DNA of 64,000 nt from Octopus sinensis. Its lineage: Eukaryota. A model generated the notes under the pieces. The model was not told the DNA's origin. It saw only the letters and a list, made by a program, of their open reading frames with translations, and did no database searches. A program made the position numbers and the translations under genes. The number at the start of each line of letters is the position of its first letter. Position 1 is the stretch's first letter. The stretch is taken from assembly GCF_006345805.1 (NCBI RefSeq), contig NC_043001.1, positions 128,402,001 to 128,466,000 of the forward strand. Direction: 5' to 3'. Shown here one piece after another: positions 61,826-64,000 of this stretch.

Positions 61826-62598
61826 GTAAGATGGATTCTCTTCTTTTTTCTCTTTCATATTTTTTGTTTATCCTTTGTCAAAACTAATTTTGTTCTTGAA
61901 CAAAGTTATTTAGTTAGAAATTTAGCTATTTAGTTGAATATTTTTTTGTTAATTCTAAAAAAAGATTTGTGCTAAAAGCTATCTTTATTTTCTGTTCTTC
62001 ATTCTCAAGCTAACTTCCTGATGAATGTAATCTGCAACTTGGCTTCCCTTATTGCTCTAATTAAATCAATCGGGGAAATGTAACCACAACTTTTCGTTTT
62101 CTAGACTCTTAATTATATGACTTTCTGCTTAATTAAATGAAAACCAAATAGTCGCTTATCACACAGGCATGGCAGTGTGATTAAAAAAGTTCACTTTGCA
62201 ACTGTATAGTTTCAGGTTCAGTCCCACTGCATGGCATCTTGGGCAAGAATCTTCTATAGCCTCAAGTCAACCGATGCCTTGTCAGTGGAATTGATAGAAA
62301 GTGACTGAGAAAGTCCATTGTGTGTGTGTGTGTGTGTGTGCGTGCGTGCGTGCGTATGTTGACATTCTATAGCTTCCCTTGTCATTATCTGAATGAAATG
62401 GTGATATACTATTTACATTCCTTGTTGATATTTACACGTTTGCTTTGCACTTTCAATGACTAGTAGGATTTTAAAAAAACATACTTTTGTTGAAAAATAG
62501 TTGAAGGTTGGGAAAAGGAAAGGCATCTGGTTGTAAAATATTGCCACAAATAATTCCTCCGCCCAACCCATGTAAAAAAAAAAGGAATGTTCAAACAA

Positions 62599-63008
62599 AG
62601 GCGCAGGAGTGGCTGTGTGGTAAGTAGCTTGCTTACCAACCACATGGTTCTGGGTTCAGTCTCACTGTGTGGCACCTTGGGCAAGTGTCTTCTACTATAG
62701 CCTCGGGCTGACCAAAGCCTTGTGAGTGGATTTCATAGACGGTAACTGAAAGAAGCCCGTCATATATATGTATATATATATATATATATATATGTGTGTT
62801 TTTGTGTGTCTGTGTCCCCCCTCCCCAACATCGCTTGACAACTGATGCTAGTGTGTTTACATCCCTGTAACTTAGTGGTTTGGCAAAAGTGACCAATAGA
62901 ATAAGTACTGGGCTTACAAAGAATAAGTCCTGGGGTCGATGTGCTCGACTAAAGGCGGTGCTCCAACATGGCCGCAGTCAAATGAGTGAAACAAGTAAAA
63001 AAGTAAAG
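62599..63008 (+). mobile_element. Full-length family A SINE
   Basis: Complete head to tail; a truncated older copy lies at ~62163-62340. Confidence 0.9.
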
Positions 63009-63284
63009 GACTGAAATGGTGATTATCAGTTGTATTAGTTAATAACAAATTGACTTTATTGTGTTTAACGAATATTTGAAACTTGTATCTTGCTGTAATT
63101 CTTAACTTATTAACACTGCTCATGTATAGTAACCTATGTATACTGAATTACAAGGTTTGTGACTGGATTCACGGTGTATTTTCAGCAGCAGTATGTGAGG
63201 ATGGTGGGAGAAAACTCATCCTTTCATTAAAATTTTAAACTGATTGTAAAAGACAAATTATTTACCAAAGATCAATAATTGTTA

Positions 63285-63355
63285 ACATCGGTGGTTCAGT
63301 GGTAGAATGCTTTCCTTCCATGCAAGAGACTCTGGTTTGATTCCTGGCTAATACA
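63285..63355 (+). pseudogene. tRNA-Gly pseudogene
   Basis: ACATCGGTGGTTCAGTGGTAGAATGC matches the eukaryotic tRNA-Gly 5' half; the 3' half has many C>T and G>A changes that break the stems. Confidence 0.7.
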
Positions 63356-63611
63356 CAGTGGTCTTATTTTGTAATAATGGTGGCCCAGTATGACCTCAAC
63401 TGCTGGCTGAAACCAATAATAGAATAATTATTTTTAGGTTTTAGAGATGGTTGTTGGTCAACACATAGATTTGACATATGTGTAGACTAAAAGTTTTTAT
63501 CTATCTCTTTTGCTACTATGCTCATCTGAGACAATATCTCTGGTTCTCTGGTACAAAGTTTCTCATATTGAATTGTCAAAATATTTAAATTAACACCTTC
63601 CATCATTACGT

Positions 63612-63930
63612 GAAGGCACATGGCTCAGTGGTTAGAGTGTCGGGCTCACAATCACAAGATTGTGAGTTCAATCTCGGGACTGGATCGTGTGTTGTGTTCT
63701 TGAAGCAAGACACTTTATTTCACATTGCTCCAGTTCACTCAGTTTAGAAATGAGTTGCAACATCACTAGTGCCAAGCTGTGTCAGCCTTTGTTTTTCCCT
63801 TGGATAACACTGGTGGCATGGAGAGTGAGGAGATTGGTATGCATGGGCAAATGCTGGTCTTCCATAAACAATGTGCCACAGAGGAGAACTTTCTAGGTGC
63901 AATCCCATGGTCATTCATTACCAACAGAGA
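63612..63930 (+). mobile_element. Family B SINE
   Basis: TGGCTCAGTGG A box, GTTCAATCTC B box-like, family B core. Confidence 0.82.
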
Positions 63931-64000
63931 TCTTTACCTTTCTCCATCATAACTTAATGAAAGAGCACCATCTGTTAGGTAGGTTTCACCTGTTTAATAA

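Noticed and set aside
385-63896. Most 60-120 aa ORFs in the supplied track
   Set aside because: They overlap SINEs, MITEs and microsatellites (recurring HTHTH, YIYIY, GLNPEPCGW peptides) and show no coherent domain.

Overview
AT-rich, repeat-dense animal genomic DNA. The SINE, RTE-tail and TTAA-MITE repertoire points to a cephalopod, most likely Octopus (inferred from recognised repeat motifs, not from a search). There is no intact long host ORF. The window looks like mostly intronic DNA of a large gene, probably on the + strand: the first ~1.5 kb retains CpGs, as expected near a promoter, and there are a few candidate small exons, the best being 61749-61825. The repeats include four or more tRNA-derived SINE families, RTE-type LINE 3' fragments, a young CR1 fragment, a 5'-truncated HERO-like (RLE) retrotransposon with a 16-bp TSD, a full-length defective DD36E Tc1-like transposon, two non-autonomous Helitrons, about 15 piggyBac-like TTAA MITEs, hAT and mariner MITEs, and a near-perfect 1.8-kb tandem duplication. 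The most interesting signal is a repeated element joining a tRNA-like Pol III head to a Penelope-type terminal repeat that carries a minimal hammerhead-ribozyme motif (three motifs at two loci, both with inverted geometry). Coordinates were read by eye; ends of degenerate repeats are approximate.
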